A stretch of 63,979 nt of DNA, filler included, from Octopus bimaculoides (GCF_001194135.2; 5 parts of 5 records of this genome joined end to end with filler, not necessarily neighbours in it), one strand, 5' to 3'. Shown: positions 25,660 through 38,349, counted from the whole stretch's first letter. Notes: generated from the letters alone by a model not told the origin. Made by a program: numbers and translations.

Positions 25660-26118
25660 TAAAATATTGGCTTCAAATTTTGGTACAAGGCCAGCAAGTT
25701 CGAGGGAGGGGTTAAGTCGATTACAATTGGTACTTATTTTATCGACTCCGAAAGGGTGAAAGGCAAAGTCGAACGCTGCGGCATTTGAACACTCAGAACG
25801 TAAAAACGGATGAAATACCACTAAGTATCTTGCCCGGTGAGCTATCGATTCTGCCAGCTCGTCGCCCTAAAACATCGACCTCAGCTGAATTTGAATTAGA
25901 AAAAACGTACGAGACGTAACGATTCTGCCAGCTTGCAGTTTTACTAGCAATAAAATATTGCTTCCAAATTTTGGCAGAAGAACAGTAAATTCGGCGTAAG
26001 TCGTTTACATCGACCCCGAAATGTGAAGTCCACCTCGATGGAATTTGAACTCAGGAGACGGATGAAATGCTAAGCATTTTGCCCGGCATGTTATCGATTC
26101 TGCCAGCTTGCCGCCTCA
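25660..26118 (-). mobile_element. Two GGCGAGCTGGCAGA-family SINEs
   Basis: Reverse-complement consensus match. Confidence 0.75.
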
Positions 26119-27328
26119 GTAACAAATAGTAAAAACCAGCCAAATTAACACAGACACTGTTCCTGTAGACCTATGAAAAATTGCTTATGGTACGTTGGCA
26201 GTCATGTGGGTAGATCTGATCATCTCATTATAATCTGTTCCCAGCTTACAAAATCCACAGCTGATATGTGGCTTGCGTTCTTTAATGAATGTGTTACCTT
26301 TAAGAAGCTTTTTTTAATTATCAGAATGAAAAATTCTCAGCTGTTTCCAATGTGTGGACGGCGACAAAACCATAGCACCGATGCGCCACTCTGGTGACCA
26401 ATCGCAGTTACCAAAAATATCACAGAAATACAATTCTTTTGATCAAAATATAAATAACTGTACAGCTGATCTAAAAGAAGATAAAGTTGAGATTTGGTAC
26501 ACATACAACCTAGTTTGTTTCTGATAAATTTATGGTTTCATACTCTATTCCAGTATATTCACAATATTGTGTATACGTGCACATCCCTTACAAAACTACT
26601 TCAAAATGTCTTTTAATAGGTGTTTGAATTTTTCTTCATGAAATATACTTGTAAAATAGGGGTGTTTCTTATGCGAGTGTGCGTCGTATACGCTGGCAAA
26701 CACGGTTCTTAACTTCATTCAGAAGGCATCCTTAACAAAGTTTTCTCTATATGCGTTTGTGTGCATAATTTCATCATTAATTATTTACGATATAATTCAA
26801 ATTTCAATTAAAGACCATAACTTGGAACCTCATGTATAGATTCTATTGCGGTGACAAAACAGGTATCACAAATCAAGATATTCGTACGCGTTGAATAACA
26901 AGAACCTGGTTTCGATACGTATAGGAAAAAGAAGGTATGGTTGTGACTGGAATGCCTTTGGTCACAGGACTGCTCGAGAAGAGCTGAGCTAATCGCAAGC
27001 ACACACACGCATATACATACTCATCAACAATAAAACAATAAAATTTCTGCATGTGAGCAAAATATCTAAATGATTTCGTCAGTTAATTCTATAAAATCCA
27101 TTTTGGTTAACATGAAAATAATTATCTTGAATTCAAGTCTCAATGAATTTATATATACACAGGCAGACAAACAGACAAACTCTCAGACACTCACACAAAC
27201 ACACACACATACACATACACATATATATGTATATATTTGTGTGTGTATACATTTAAATGTGAATATATGTGTGTGTATCTTTCATCTTTTACTTGTTTTA
27301 GTCGTAAGCTGCAGCCATGCTCATGCGT

Positions 27329-27389
<61 letters not shown>

Positions 27390-27433
27390 NNNNNNNNNNN
27401 NNNNNNNNNNNNNNNNNNNNNNNNNNNNNNNNN

Positions 27434-27445
27434 TTAATTAATTAA
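27434..27445. other. Artificial scaffold linker TTAATTAATTAA inside a 44N+12+44N gap (also 55704, 60570, 62696)
   Basis: Identical 100-bp structure occurs four times; the linker gives stops in all six frames. Confidence 0.9.
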
Positions 27446-27519
27446 NNNNNNNNNNNNNNNNNNNNNNNNNNNNNNNNNNNNNNNNNNNNCCCCATTTTCA
27501 CACATGCATACGTCAAGAT

Positions 27520-27840
27520 CACCAGCATTCTCTCTCTCACACACACAGCTCCTCGTTCTTCGATCACCGTTCTTTCTCCCCCTTTGTTATCTCCCCCTTT
27601 TCTTAGCTCTCCTGTGTAAACTTTCTAAACTTCCGGTCAGCAGAAGCTATGATAGATCGTTGACCAAACACCATTCAATTTTTTTTCTCCGTGTTTTTCT
27701 CCTTGTTTTCTCCGTATTCTTTCTGTTGAAGAGCGTAGCTCGAAACGTTAAAGACTTTCCGTATTCCCGAGCGTCATACTAATACACCCTTTTGTTGTTT
27801 ATACCACCTGTCCTCGTCTGTTGTTTCCGTACATTCTCCC
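27520..27840 (+). mobile_element. Penelope-like pLTR fragment with a degenerate minimal hammerhead core
   Basis: TTGAAGA-G-CGTAGCT-C-GAAA-CGTT at 27726-27749 within pyrimidine-rich sequence. Confidence 0.4.
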
Positions 27841-28157
27841 ATATATATATATATATACATAGTCAAAATGCATATATATGCATTATATTGAAAATACATA
27901 TGCCTAATCATCAAATTGAATTAAGTTCTTTTACAATTGTAATAAATGAAAACAAATTAACTATATTGAAGGATATTTATCCGTGGATGATGTGTTTTTG
28001 TGTGTGTGCCATTCTTGTGTTTGAATCTTGTGAATGTCAAGTTCAGCCGGTCATTTGTTTGAATGTGATCCCGCTTATTTAAAACTTGGAGTTGCTTCTG
28101 TTCTCATTACTGAACACTCATACCTTGTTTTTGACAGGAGACCCCATCATATATATT

Positions 28158-28365
28158 GATTTCAAATTTTGGCACAAGGCCAGCAAGTTCGGGAAAAAGG
28201 GTTAAGTCGATTACATCGACCCCAGTGTTCAAATGGCACTTATTTTATCGACCCCGAAAGGAAGAGAGGCAAAGTCGACTTCGGCGGAATTTGAACTCAG
28301 AATGGGCAAAATACCGGTCAACATTTTGCCCAGCGCACTAACGATTCTGCCAGCTCGCCACCTTA
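28158..28365 (-). mobile_element. GGCGAGCTGGCAGA-family SINE
   Basis: Reverse-complement consensus match. Further copies at 31258-31415, 33410-33620 and 45835-46020. Confidence 0.8.
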
Positions 28366-29725
28366 ACCACATCAGATGTATTATCCTTTTTGGAAGCGTC
28401 TGCGACTGGTAGGAATAACCTAAACGATCCGGAAGCTTGCAACAAAGTTGTCTCCACTAAAGAAGTGAACATTTGACTAGGCGACTCACTAAGAATTCTA
28501 CTCCAAAACAGGATGTCTCTCTCCCACTTAAGGAGAGAGAATTGCTTCAAAGTTTATTTTTCTTATATTGAGAAATCATTATCAAAAAGTAAAAAGAGCA
28601 TACGTATATTTCCATATAATTCTTTTATATTTTTTTCAAGAGATAGTCTTTAAAGGCTCTGGTAGCCCTGGATAGTACCATTTCGTCTTCTTTCTGAACT
28701 CTTCAGCACGACATAACTCGAGATTTTAAAATTGGTAAGTCTAAATTCATTTAAAAATTAAACACGATCTATTTCTCTTTTTTCTCCTCTTAACAGTGGA
28801 AAAAAGAACGGAAGAGGGATAGAGAAAGAGGGACGAAAACCTCTTTTGAATAGTTCACTTGTGTAATGGTCCTTTGTGTAGTAACATTTAATGTTTTCAC
28901 TGCGGACACATACACAAGCCCTAATATATTCTTTCAGGGTGCAAATAAGGAATTTCTGGCTGTATTTTCATGTTGCATTATCCGTCGGGATGATTTAAAA
29001 TCAGTATCTTTTTATTACATCTCACCATGACACTTTGCCACCAATTTCTGTGAAAAGCATTTGTAATCTGGTCAGCGTTTTATTCACACCTGGTGGAATT
29101 ACTGGGAATTATCACTTCAGGGGAGAGAATCGTTTCTAAGTTTTTTTTCATATGTTAAGAAAGCATCAAAAGTGAAAAAGAGCATTCATATATTTCCGTG
29201 TAATTCTCCTTGTTTTTTTTTCTATATAAATTGTTTCCACGAGGTCGTTTATACTAAGACCTTTTCTGGAGTACACTAAACTCCAAGCTTGTTTTTGTTC
29301 AAAACACACTTTATCAATAGTCTATATTTCTCTTTTCTCTAAATATTAATTATAATAATTTTAAAATAGAAATGTTAGTTATTAATTATTATTAATTATT
29401 CTGCATTCAAGTATTCAAATTCGTTTCAGAGCAATCTATTTAACACTTCGAGCAATCAAATTAGCACGATAGCGGTTTTGGTTTTATCTCATGATCATTG
29501 TTATCTTTGCTTTCATCCATTGTTTATGCTTTAAGCACTCTTATAGTTCTATGTCTTTTCTATGTATTCTTTTATTTTTGCATAAGTATATATATTTATT
29601 GTTAAAGACTTCATGAAATCGCATTCCAGCCTTTTTAATCTTTTTAAAGAAACTCACAACAAATGCTCATTTTCTTTCATTTTGAATACATTATTTTGTG
29701 ATAAGTGTTCTTCCTTTGTATAATA

Positions 29726-30575
29726 CGAATTCTGATCAATAAGTATCCGGACTGTTGCCATAGTAACGAAGCTGAAGCACGCAGAATGAAGCCGTTTGGC
29801 AAATGTTTACCTTGGACTCTGCTATGTACGTGCATTAAATTTTAACGTTCTAGCTCAATTCCAACGTTTACAGTAGTGCATGAAAAGGTGTGTAGCGTGT
29901 GTTCGTCGCTTTGACCATGACAAAGTTGTCATGGCGATACCTGCTCAGAGGCCTACACAAAGTTGCAGAAAGTGTATGGAGAGGAATGCATGAGCCATAC
30001 ACAAGTGTATGTGTGGTTCACACGTTTCCAAGATGGCCGAAAAAATGTCGATATTTACGAACGTTCTGGGAGATACGCAAGCAGCAGGACTGAAAAAAAA
30101 AAGAAAAAAAATCGCAGATGTGCGTGCGGCTGTGAGGGGAATCGACGAAGTACCATCTGCGAGTTATCAAAAGATGGGCAGATTGGTTACGGTTCAGTTC
30201 CGTCCATTATCACTGAAGATTAGGGTATGAGATGCGTGTCTACCAAAACTGCTTTCATCTGACCAATAGTACACTCGGGTTTCAGTTGCACAAGATCTTG
30301 TGTAGAGAACGATGAAAACTTTGCGGAGGCCTTTGAGCAAGTATCGTGAAGCTTTTGACAATTATTGATGCAGATTCTCTGCTTAACTCTCTCAGTCATG
30401 GTCAATGCGACGATCACACGCCACACCTTCCTTCCAAGCACTATTGTATACAGCGGAAGTGAGAGAACGTTAAAACTTTGTATGCATACACAGCAGAATT
30501 CAAGGTCAATCTGTGCCAAGCAGCTTTAGCTTCGTTAGTACGGGAACAGTCCGGATACTTATTGATCAGACCACG
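29726..30575 (+). mobile_element. Second copy of the non-autonomous fold-back mariner derivative
   Basis: Same TIRs and layout as 22544-23436; QKVYGEECMSHTQVYVWFTRFQDGRKNVDIYERSGR. Confidence 0.88.
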
Positions 30576-30879
30576 AATGTCTTGTCGGGAAAAGTATATT
30601 TCTTTGATTTTGCATTTTTTCTTCCATCGGGAAATATTTGGTCTTCGTGACCTCTGGCATGTAGGTCAATACTTAAACTTCATGTCCTCCCCAAATAACA
30701 CATGTATACATACACAAAACAACGATAGGAGCTTGTAGAGTATTGATAATCAGATATTTGACGAAGCAGCTCTTAAAAATAGAGGGTGGAAGGGATGGGG
30801 GAAAGTTCCCACGTGTTTAAGCATGATGCAGTGTGGGAGGTGAAAATCTTTTCGTCCTTAGCTTGGTCATATATCATCA

Positions 30880-31022
30880 TCATCATTTAACGTCCGCTTT
30901 CCATGCTAGCATGGGTTGGACGGTTTGACCGAGGACTGGTGAAACCAGATGGCTACACCAGGCTCCAATCTGATTTGGCAGAGTTTCTACAGCTGGATGC
31001 CCTTCCTAACGCCAACCACTCA
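30880..31022 (+). repeat. Interspersed repeat fragment (catcatcatttaacgtccgctttccatgc type)
   Basis: Recognised as a common SINE/LINE-tail repeat; only one copy in this window. Confidence 0.45.
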
Positions 31023-32880
31023 GTTTTATTATCTTTATCTTATATTTACTTTGTATTATATTATACTTATTCATTGTGCCTCCACTCATCAACCCTTCCA
31101 TATGTGACAGTGGATTTTCATCGATGAGCTCCCGAACCCAAAACTATATATTTCTCTTCTTGCGGATTTAATGTGATCTAATCAACAAGTAAGGAAAAAG
31201 AGAAACAAGGCAACTGATCAGATGTTTGCTTAATCAAGGTTTACGAAGTGTTAAATATTGGTTTTAAATTTTGGCACTAGACCAGTAAGTTCGGAGGAGT
31301 AAGTCAATTAGATCGACCTCAGTAATAAACTGGTACTTATTTTATCGACTCAGAAAGGATGAAAGGAAAAGTCAACCTCGCCGGTAGTTGAATCCATTTT
31401 GCCAGCTCGCCGCCTGAATTGAATGCGATTCTCGCGAGATAGATTAGAGCCACCGACTTCAGAATAAGATTTACTACAAACTACCAACTGCGAGACCCCA
31501 AGTGATAAATATTAGCTGGTCATATCAATACATAGTTTGTCAAGTTATAAAAGCAATTTAACCGAAGAATTACTGAATACGTTTCACATAGAATTTTACA
31601 AGAATAGTGGTGAAACAGCGACTTCGAAACTCTGACGTCACTGCTGTCTTGTAAAAAAAAAAGTATAGCAAACATGTACTCTACATACACTACTGACAAC
31701 TCTTCAGTTCAATAAACGAGTAAGATACAGAGAACAATCTAACCCATAGTTACGGCTGTGAATTAAGAGTCCAATACGTTGGTTATAATGCATGCATATA
31801 CACGAGTTCAAATCTATCCATACCTATTTTAATGCTACAGAGAGAATGAAAGATTGTGCTTCCAGTCTACTTAAACTGGGTGCTGAAGGGAAAGTTTCCG
31901 AATTCATGCCCCCCCCCCCNNNNNNNNNNCTCTCTCACACACACACTACCGCAAACTTCCAGCCAGAGTAGATTATCAAATGTAATAAAACGCAAAACGT
32001 CTCAAACCCTTATATTCTATGGTGTGAATTTCGCCAGGAGAAAGCAGCAAATATTTGTAGTTTAATATCTCGTGTGAAAGAAAGTTTTATTATGGTTAAA
32101 TTCCAGGAGTAAAATAATGAAACAACAGACGGGTATCAAATTTAGAAACAATCGTAACTATACGGCAAGGCACTTATACGGTTCCGTTGAGTAAATTAAA
32201 AACATCAGAAGACTTGAATTTTAGTGTCAAGATTATAAACATTTATTCTGGGATTTATTTAGCGGATTGAAACAGGAAAGGAAATATTAGAGATATGGCC
32301 TCTACAAGGCATTTTACACAAAAATAAATGAAAATTGTACAACTGTCATGTTTATATATAGTTATCAAATGGGCTAAAGATCAGATAAAAATATACTTCC
32401 ACGATATATTCTGTTATATAAATGGTAACAAAGTTTTCGAAATACACACGTTTCTTTAACATCCAGGCCATCTTTGGTGCTCCATCAACCCAAAATGTGA
32501 CAATTACAGAAATTTTTAATATCGTTAATATATACTTCCCAAATTGATTGGAATCTAGATCCAAGGTCCATACAGTATCAGAATCGTGAGCAGGCTGCAC
32601 CAAATTCTTTAAGATACGGTAGGAGACATTACGTTCCAGGTTCGAATTTCCCCGATGTCAACTTTTCCTCACAACCATCGGAGGTGTGGACAAACAGCGC
32701 CAGTCAAGTACTGTGGAGGTACTGTCAATCTACTACACCCCGTCCACCGTAAGTATTTGACGGAGCCAAAGTTAGAACTTCATATTTAAAGCCAATAATC
32801 ACAAAACGTTATTGCGGTAACTCACAGAATAAAGGTCTTGATGGTGAACTCGTCAATTCTTCCAAAGATAGACAGTCCAA

Positions 32881-33400
32881 TTTTTTTTATTACCTATAAA
32901 AGGCTACACGAAGATGCTTGTCGACAAATACAAAACATAAAAACAATACAAAACAAACTCGGGGAACTAAAAATTACAAATAGAGGATGAAAGAAAAAAA
33001 AAAAAANNNNNNNNNNAAAAAAAAAAAAAAAAGAAACGAATGAGAATATGAAAGAATGAAAATGAGGTGCAATGCCCACTCGACCTCCGAAGTCGAGTGG
33101 TTACATTTTTAAAGTCTTCTCTGTTCATTAACAAAATCTACATACATACATTATTTTTCACAATTTTTTTTTTCAAAGTTCACATTATTTTCCAGTCTCT
33201 TTTCAAATCAAAAGTTCTTTTACCTTGGTATCTCCATTCTTTTCAACTTCTCGTATTCCACTACAGAAGGTGGATCCTCAAACAACCAGAACCCCGCTAC
33301 CATTTTCAAATGAGTCCCATTTTGCAATTTTTTCTTTGCACCCACACCTTCCAAAGATATGACAGCATTGTGTTATTAATAGGTCTTGCAAAATCTAAGT
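32881..33400 (-). mobile_element. 5'-truncated copy B2 of the RT-less ORF1-type element
   Basis: 3' end matches 42101 (ttttttttattacctataaa). Small-ORF fragments KEKIAKW and GFWLFEDPPSVVEYEKLKRMEI. Confidence 0.7.
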
Positions 33401-34059
33401 TAATACTGGTTTCAAATATTGGCACAAAGCCAAAAATAGCACCTGGAGGAGGTGAGTCGATTATATCCTTACTATAGGCACAAGACCTGAAATTTTGCAG
33501 GAGAGGCCAGTCGATTATATAAAAAAGAAAAAAAAGGACTCGGTGGAATTTGAACCCAGACCATTACGAGGCAGAAGAATACAGCAAGACATTTTTCCAA
33601 TGCTATAATGATTCGGTCTCCTTGGCACAATATCTAGATCCGATATGTAGTCTACATTACTAAATTACAATGGGTGTGTAATTACGTTTGCTTCTTAATG
33701 TGGTTTTGCGTTCGAGATCACGTGCACACCTGAAATTAAGATGTAAATGCTCTTTGTCCTCCGGTTTACCACCACTACATGCACTTTCGTGTTACTTGTA
33801 GCCATTGCTTTGTTGCAAGCATTTAAAGAGAATTTTGATGCCCTGAAACCAGTTATGGTTCAAACTAAATTTCCTTCTACAAAGCGATCATTCATACATG
33901 TAATGTTATTCAATTTTGGATGAGAAATCACGGTATGAAGATTGGATAGAACAAGAATTGTGCTCAAAAAACAAACAACAACCGTAACAAATTTGACACA
34001 CAAAAATTGTTTATCTTCAAACAAACTTCAAAATAGTAAAGCTTAACTTAGGATAGGCT

Positions 34060-34260
34060 TAGCCAATCCATACGGTTGATTTTCTACTGGCGAAAATCCC
34101 TTCCCCTTCGAATTTTTTTCAGCGTGAAATAGACGAGTTTGCAAGTCACTGTCCGCTATTTCCAATCTCTTTCGTTGACCACACCCGCCATCTGGAGACC
34201 GAACGGAATCGCAGATTCGACAACAAAGTATTTGGAAGAATGCACGTATAAATACTAGAG
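34060..34260. promoter_or_regulatory. CpG-rich promoter-like island
   Basis: CCAAT at 34063 and 34162, E2F-like TGGCGAAAA at 34088, YY1-like CCGCCATCT at 34185, TATAAATA at 34247. Confidence 0.3.
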
Positions 34261-34392
34261 AGAATAATGTTGCATTGCATCATAACCAGTCTTCGGACAA
34301 AATAAACTTCATTTGAAATTAAAAATTAGTGAAATTTAATAAATACGAGAATTATTTTACTAACAAAAAAAAAAAAACGTCACATTGGTTTC

Positions 34393-35040
34393 TCATCTGC
34401 AGATAGCATACAAACAAAATGAAAAGATTATAATGAGAATAGTTATACTAATTCCACTGAGGGTCCAAATCGTCACAACTTTTTTAAGACTCATTCTTGG
34501 AGTTGTTGTCCAATTGTATACAGCTGTCGTCAATTCCTGGTCAGAAGATTCCACAATAGTAGTCAGTGGCACCTTAGAATTTGATATTGTGCTCATTGCT
34601 GCGGTACCATTATAGAAAACCTCTTCCGAAGGAACAACTGAATTATAAGGAGATACTTCAAGATAATTGCGATCAGTGAAATTACGAGAGGGCGAAAAAA
34701 TTTTCATCAGCACAGGTCTCCCCCAGTGTTTTGTTCGTTCCATTTTTGTACTCCTTTCAGAAATTTTTTTCGACTGTTCTTTCGTTGTTGGCTCCAAGAA
34801 AAGTTGAATTTCGGTTTTGTGAGTAGTAGGTGTCACAGTAAAATTAGTAACGGTGTTAGTATAGTTACTTTCAAAACTCTTGCCGTTAATGTCTGTAGCG
34901 AAATCTTCGTGTTCCCTTGTGAGAAGAGCCATTATTGAAACATTATCGTTATTCACGTTGTCAGGTGAAGCAACAACAACACAAATAGCTGTAAGACATA
35001 AATGGTTGAAGACCAACGTTAGAATACCGTAAAGAAACAT
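34393..35040 (-). CDS. Orphan single-pass mucin-like membrane glycoprotein, 215 aa
   Basis: Stop-free 750-bp frame in otherwise stop-rich DNA. Met at 35040 starts a hydrophobic signal peptide (MFLYGILTLVFNHLCLTAICVVVA). S/T-rich ectodomain with six sequons (NVS, NYT, NFT x2, NGT, NWT). TM VVTIWTLSGISITILIIIFSFCLYAIC. Acceptor tttttacag at about 35104. Confidence 0.75.
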   Translation of the reverse strand: MFLYGILTLVFNHLCLTAICVVVASPDNVNNDNVSIMALLTREHEDFATDINGKSFESNYTNTVTNFTVTPTTHKTEIQLFLEPTTKEQSKKISERSTKMERTKHWGRPVLMKIFSPSRNFTDRNYLEVSPYNSVVPSEEVFYNGTAAMSTISNSKVPLTTIVESSDQELTTAVYNWTTTPRMSLKKVVTIWTLSGISITILIIIFSFCLYAICR

Positions 35041-35249
35041 TATTCTTCTCTCCGTATAGTGATACTGCTCTGCTGATTTGGTTCTTTGTGCAACGGAACT
35101 CGTCTGTAAAAATTTACATTTATAGGCTTGGTTTTTATTACCCACAGTGCGTCACGAAGAAGGACAAACAAAACACGTGGAGATATTTTACATGAAAAAT
35201 GAATGACATGGATTTATACAAATGAGGATGAGACGGCCACCCCGTCCCT

Positions 35250-36705
35250 ACTCCTGGGTGGTTGCGTTTTTACAAATAATTCAAATGTTTATACAAGATT
35301 TCTCTTTCCTTTTAAAATGTTCATTGTCCATTCACAGTTTTCTCTTTTTTTCTCCAAATTTTTAAAACCGTTATTTCACAATACTTTTTACTCACCATTC
35401 TATGTCTTGTTTAATATCCTCAGAATCTACTACTGGGGGACGAGGTTCATTTCTCACCTCCAGCCCCAGTGGGTTCCCTTCCGATGGAAATGTTTCTTTT
35501 AATGTACTGTATTTTCCTTCGTCTGCCAAAATACATTTCATGTTCTATCATATCCCTCTGTTAGTTTAACCTTCGTAATATTTTTCATTTTACATATTTT
35601 CCTTTCAATTTCTGAACTTGCACACTATGTTATCAAATATATGTTGTTTCTGTTTCTGTTTTCAAACTTTTGTGTATCTTGTGCGTCTGTGTATTTGCTT
35701 GGTGATTTAGTTCTGTTTGTGATGTTCCTTTTTGGTGAAACTGCAGGTACATTACCTCTACTTGTTATTGATGCTTCTTTCGTTGAGCATGCTTCTGCTT
35801 CCTGTATCGTGTTGTTTCTGCTGTAGTTCCTCCTTGGGCGGTGAATTTCTCCTCTCCCTCTTCCTTTATTCTACCTCTGTAAACTCTTCATCTGTAACCA
35901 GTTCCGTGTTTCGGGTTGTGCGCTCCTCCTCTCCCGCGCCTCCATCTCAGCAACCTCCTTCACTTGTTTCGGGCACCCTTTCTTGATATGTCCCCTCTCC
36001 TCGCAAGAACAGCTGGTAGGAAGCCTTCCGTCCAACACTATCTCCAGCTTCCCTCCATTGGGTAGCTCTACCGTTTCTGGTATTTCCAAATATTGTGTTT
36101 GATTGGCTCGAAACATCATCTCCAGCCTGCACCCCCCCCCCCNNNNNNNNNNNNNNNNNNNNNNNCCCCCCAATTTATTTGTTGGGACCGGGTTACCTGG
36201 ACAATATGAACATCTTCGTCTCCTCCCATTTCAAGAACCGCTGCTATCAGCCATTCAGTTAGGTAGGTAGGAGAGTCCATCCCTCCGAACACGACGTCAC
36301 GGCGGAGCTCTTTCTTGCCTCTTCCTCGGAGACAAAAGCGATCGCCACTGTGCAATACTTTCTTCTTGCGAAAAATGTGATGCTGTCTCTGACATATTTC
36401 AGGCACATCTCCATCTCTTCCTCTGTTGCAACATCAACTCCTCTCCTTCTCGAAAACGTTCTATAGACCATTTCCCTCCTCTCCACTCTGTTTCTTTCCC
36501 CTTCTGGGGGGTGTCAACCTATGTTATCCCCCTCCCTCTCCACCACTTCTTGGTACTTCTTAAAAATATCCACCATGAAGTCTACTTCACGCCGTTCTAG
36601 AACACATGGATCCACGGCACTCCACCCTCCAGCCGCTGCAGTACAACCCTTCGCCTCCCTTCTCCTCACCCAGAACATTAAGAACACAAGCCCGCTAGCA
36701 GGCCA
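35250..36705 (-). mobile_element. Divergent copy C of the RT-less ORF1-type element
   Basis: ORF1 fragments IFKKYQEVVEREG, VERREMVYRTF, GRLPTSCSCEERGHIKKGCP. Small-ORF fragments EIERKICKMKNITKVKL and CILADEGKY...EPRPPVVD. The 3' boundary is approximate. Confidence 0.7.
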
Positions 36706-36769
36706 AACCTTTAGTCGAGCAAATCGCCCCCAGCCTAGTAAACTTAGTACATATTCTATCGGTCTCTTT

Positions 36770-37037
36770 TGCCGAACCGCTAGGTTACAGAGACGTAAAC
36801 GCACCATCATCGTTTGTCAAGTGATGTTGGGGGACAAACACAGACACACACACATACACCCCCCCATATATATATGTATATATAAATATATATATGCAAC
36901 GGGCTTCTTTCAGTTTCCGTCTATCAAATTCACTCACAAGGCTTTGGTTGGCCCGAGGCTCTAGTAGAAGACACCTGCCCAAGGTGTCACGCAGTGAGAC
37001 TGAACCCGGAACCATGTGGTTGAGAAGCAAGCTTCTT
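36770..37037 (-). mobile_element. tRNA-derived SINE body (3' of target site); head at 38359-38395
   Basis: Reverse complement reads aagaagcttgcttctcaaccacatggttccgggttcagtc...; the head reads gtaggaatgactgtgtggtaagtagcttgc. Confidence 0.8.
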
Positions 37038-38349
37038 TATTTCCTCAAATTAGTCATAAAGGCTTTACATAGAGGGGACACTACAACACATGTTGGGACA
37101 TATAACAATTTAAAATATGTAAAAATAAAATATGGTATTATGAATGACACATGAAAATGAACATGAAAAACAAATTAAAACTATGATAACATGCGTGATA
37201 GGTGAAAATAAGGATATGAAGAGTGTGCCACTCACCCCACACTGAGCAACACCACTNNNNNNNNNNNNNNNNNNNNNNNNNNNNNNNNNNNNNNNNNNNN
37301 NNNNNNNNNNNNNNNNNNNNNNNNNNNNNNNNNNNNNNNNNNNNNNNNNNNNNNNNNNNNNNNNNNNNNNNNNNNNNNNNNNNNNNNNNNNNNNNNNNNN
37401 NNNNNNNNNNNNNNNNNNNNNNNNNNNNNNNNNNNNNNNNNNNNNNNNNNNNNNNNNNNNNNNNNNNNNNNNNNNNNNNNNNNNNNNNNNNNNNNNNNNN
37501 NNNNNNNNNNNNNNNNNNNNNNNNNNNNNNNNNNNNNNNNNNNNNNNNNNNNNNNNNNNNNNNNNNNNNNNNNNNNNNNNNNNNNNNNNNNNNNNNNNNN
37601 NNNNNNNNNNNNNNNNNNNNNNNNNNNNNNNNNNNNNNNNNNNNNNNNNNNNNNNNNNNNNNNNNNNNNNNNNNNNNNNNNNNNNNNNNNNNNNNNNNNN
37701 NNNNNNNNNNNNNNNNNNNNNNNNNNNNNNNNNNNNNNNNNNNNNNNNNNNNNNNNNNNATCAGGTGGCATTTCTTCTACCCTTACCTTGGAAGTCTTTC
37801 TTCCAAGGTATGTATGTGGGCAGAAACACTACTTCCTCTGTTTTCACCGCCACACTCACCAGCTTCCGCGCCTCCTCTACTGTCCTGAATTGGACGACCG
37901 TTGTCCCATATTTCCTTCCTTTAGTTATGTATATTATTTCTTTCGACTTCTCCCTTAGCGCCTTTTCCGTTTCAGCTTCCACCTGCTCGGCATTTTTTCC
38001 TTTTAACGAGAACACCTTATAGGTGATCGTTTTTCTCTCCATCCGCTCCATAATTCCTTTGGGGAGCGACAGATTCACGTATCCTCCCACCTTCTGTACC
38101 ATCTTCTCATACTTTTTCAGTCCAGCCAAGTCCAACTCCCTTCGCTTCATCTCCGTGGCCACAGCAAAACTCCTTGTCTTCTCCAACACTCCGTCCATCT
38201 TTATGACCATCCTTACAAGCTCCTCCTCTGCTGAACACAACTCAGACCCGCTGAAGTCTGAGTACATCATCTCTACCCTCAAAGCAGCAAAAAAAACAAA
38301 AACGTCCGACTCGCACACAAACGACAAACCAAATGCACTCTGGGTAACC
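37038..38349 (-). mobile_element. Copy D of the RT-less ORF1-type element, inserted at the same SINE site with TSD
   Basis: Long open ORF1 N-half (SAEEELVRMVIKMD...RKTITYKVF...GRKYGTTVVQF...FLPTY). 3' terminus like A1. TSD agaagcaagcttctt (37023-37037) and gtaagcaagctactt (38359-38373). The middle lies in a gap. Confidence 0.8.
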
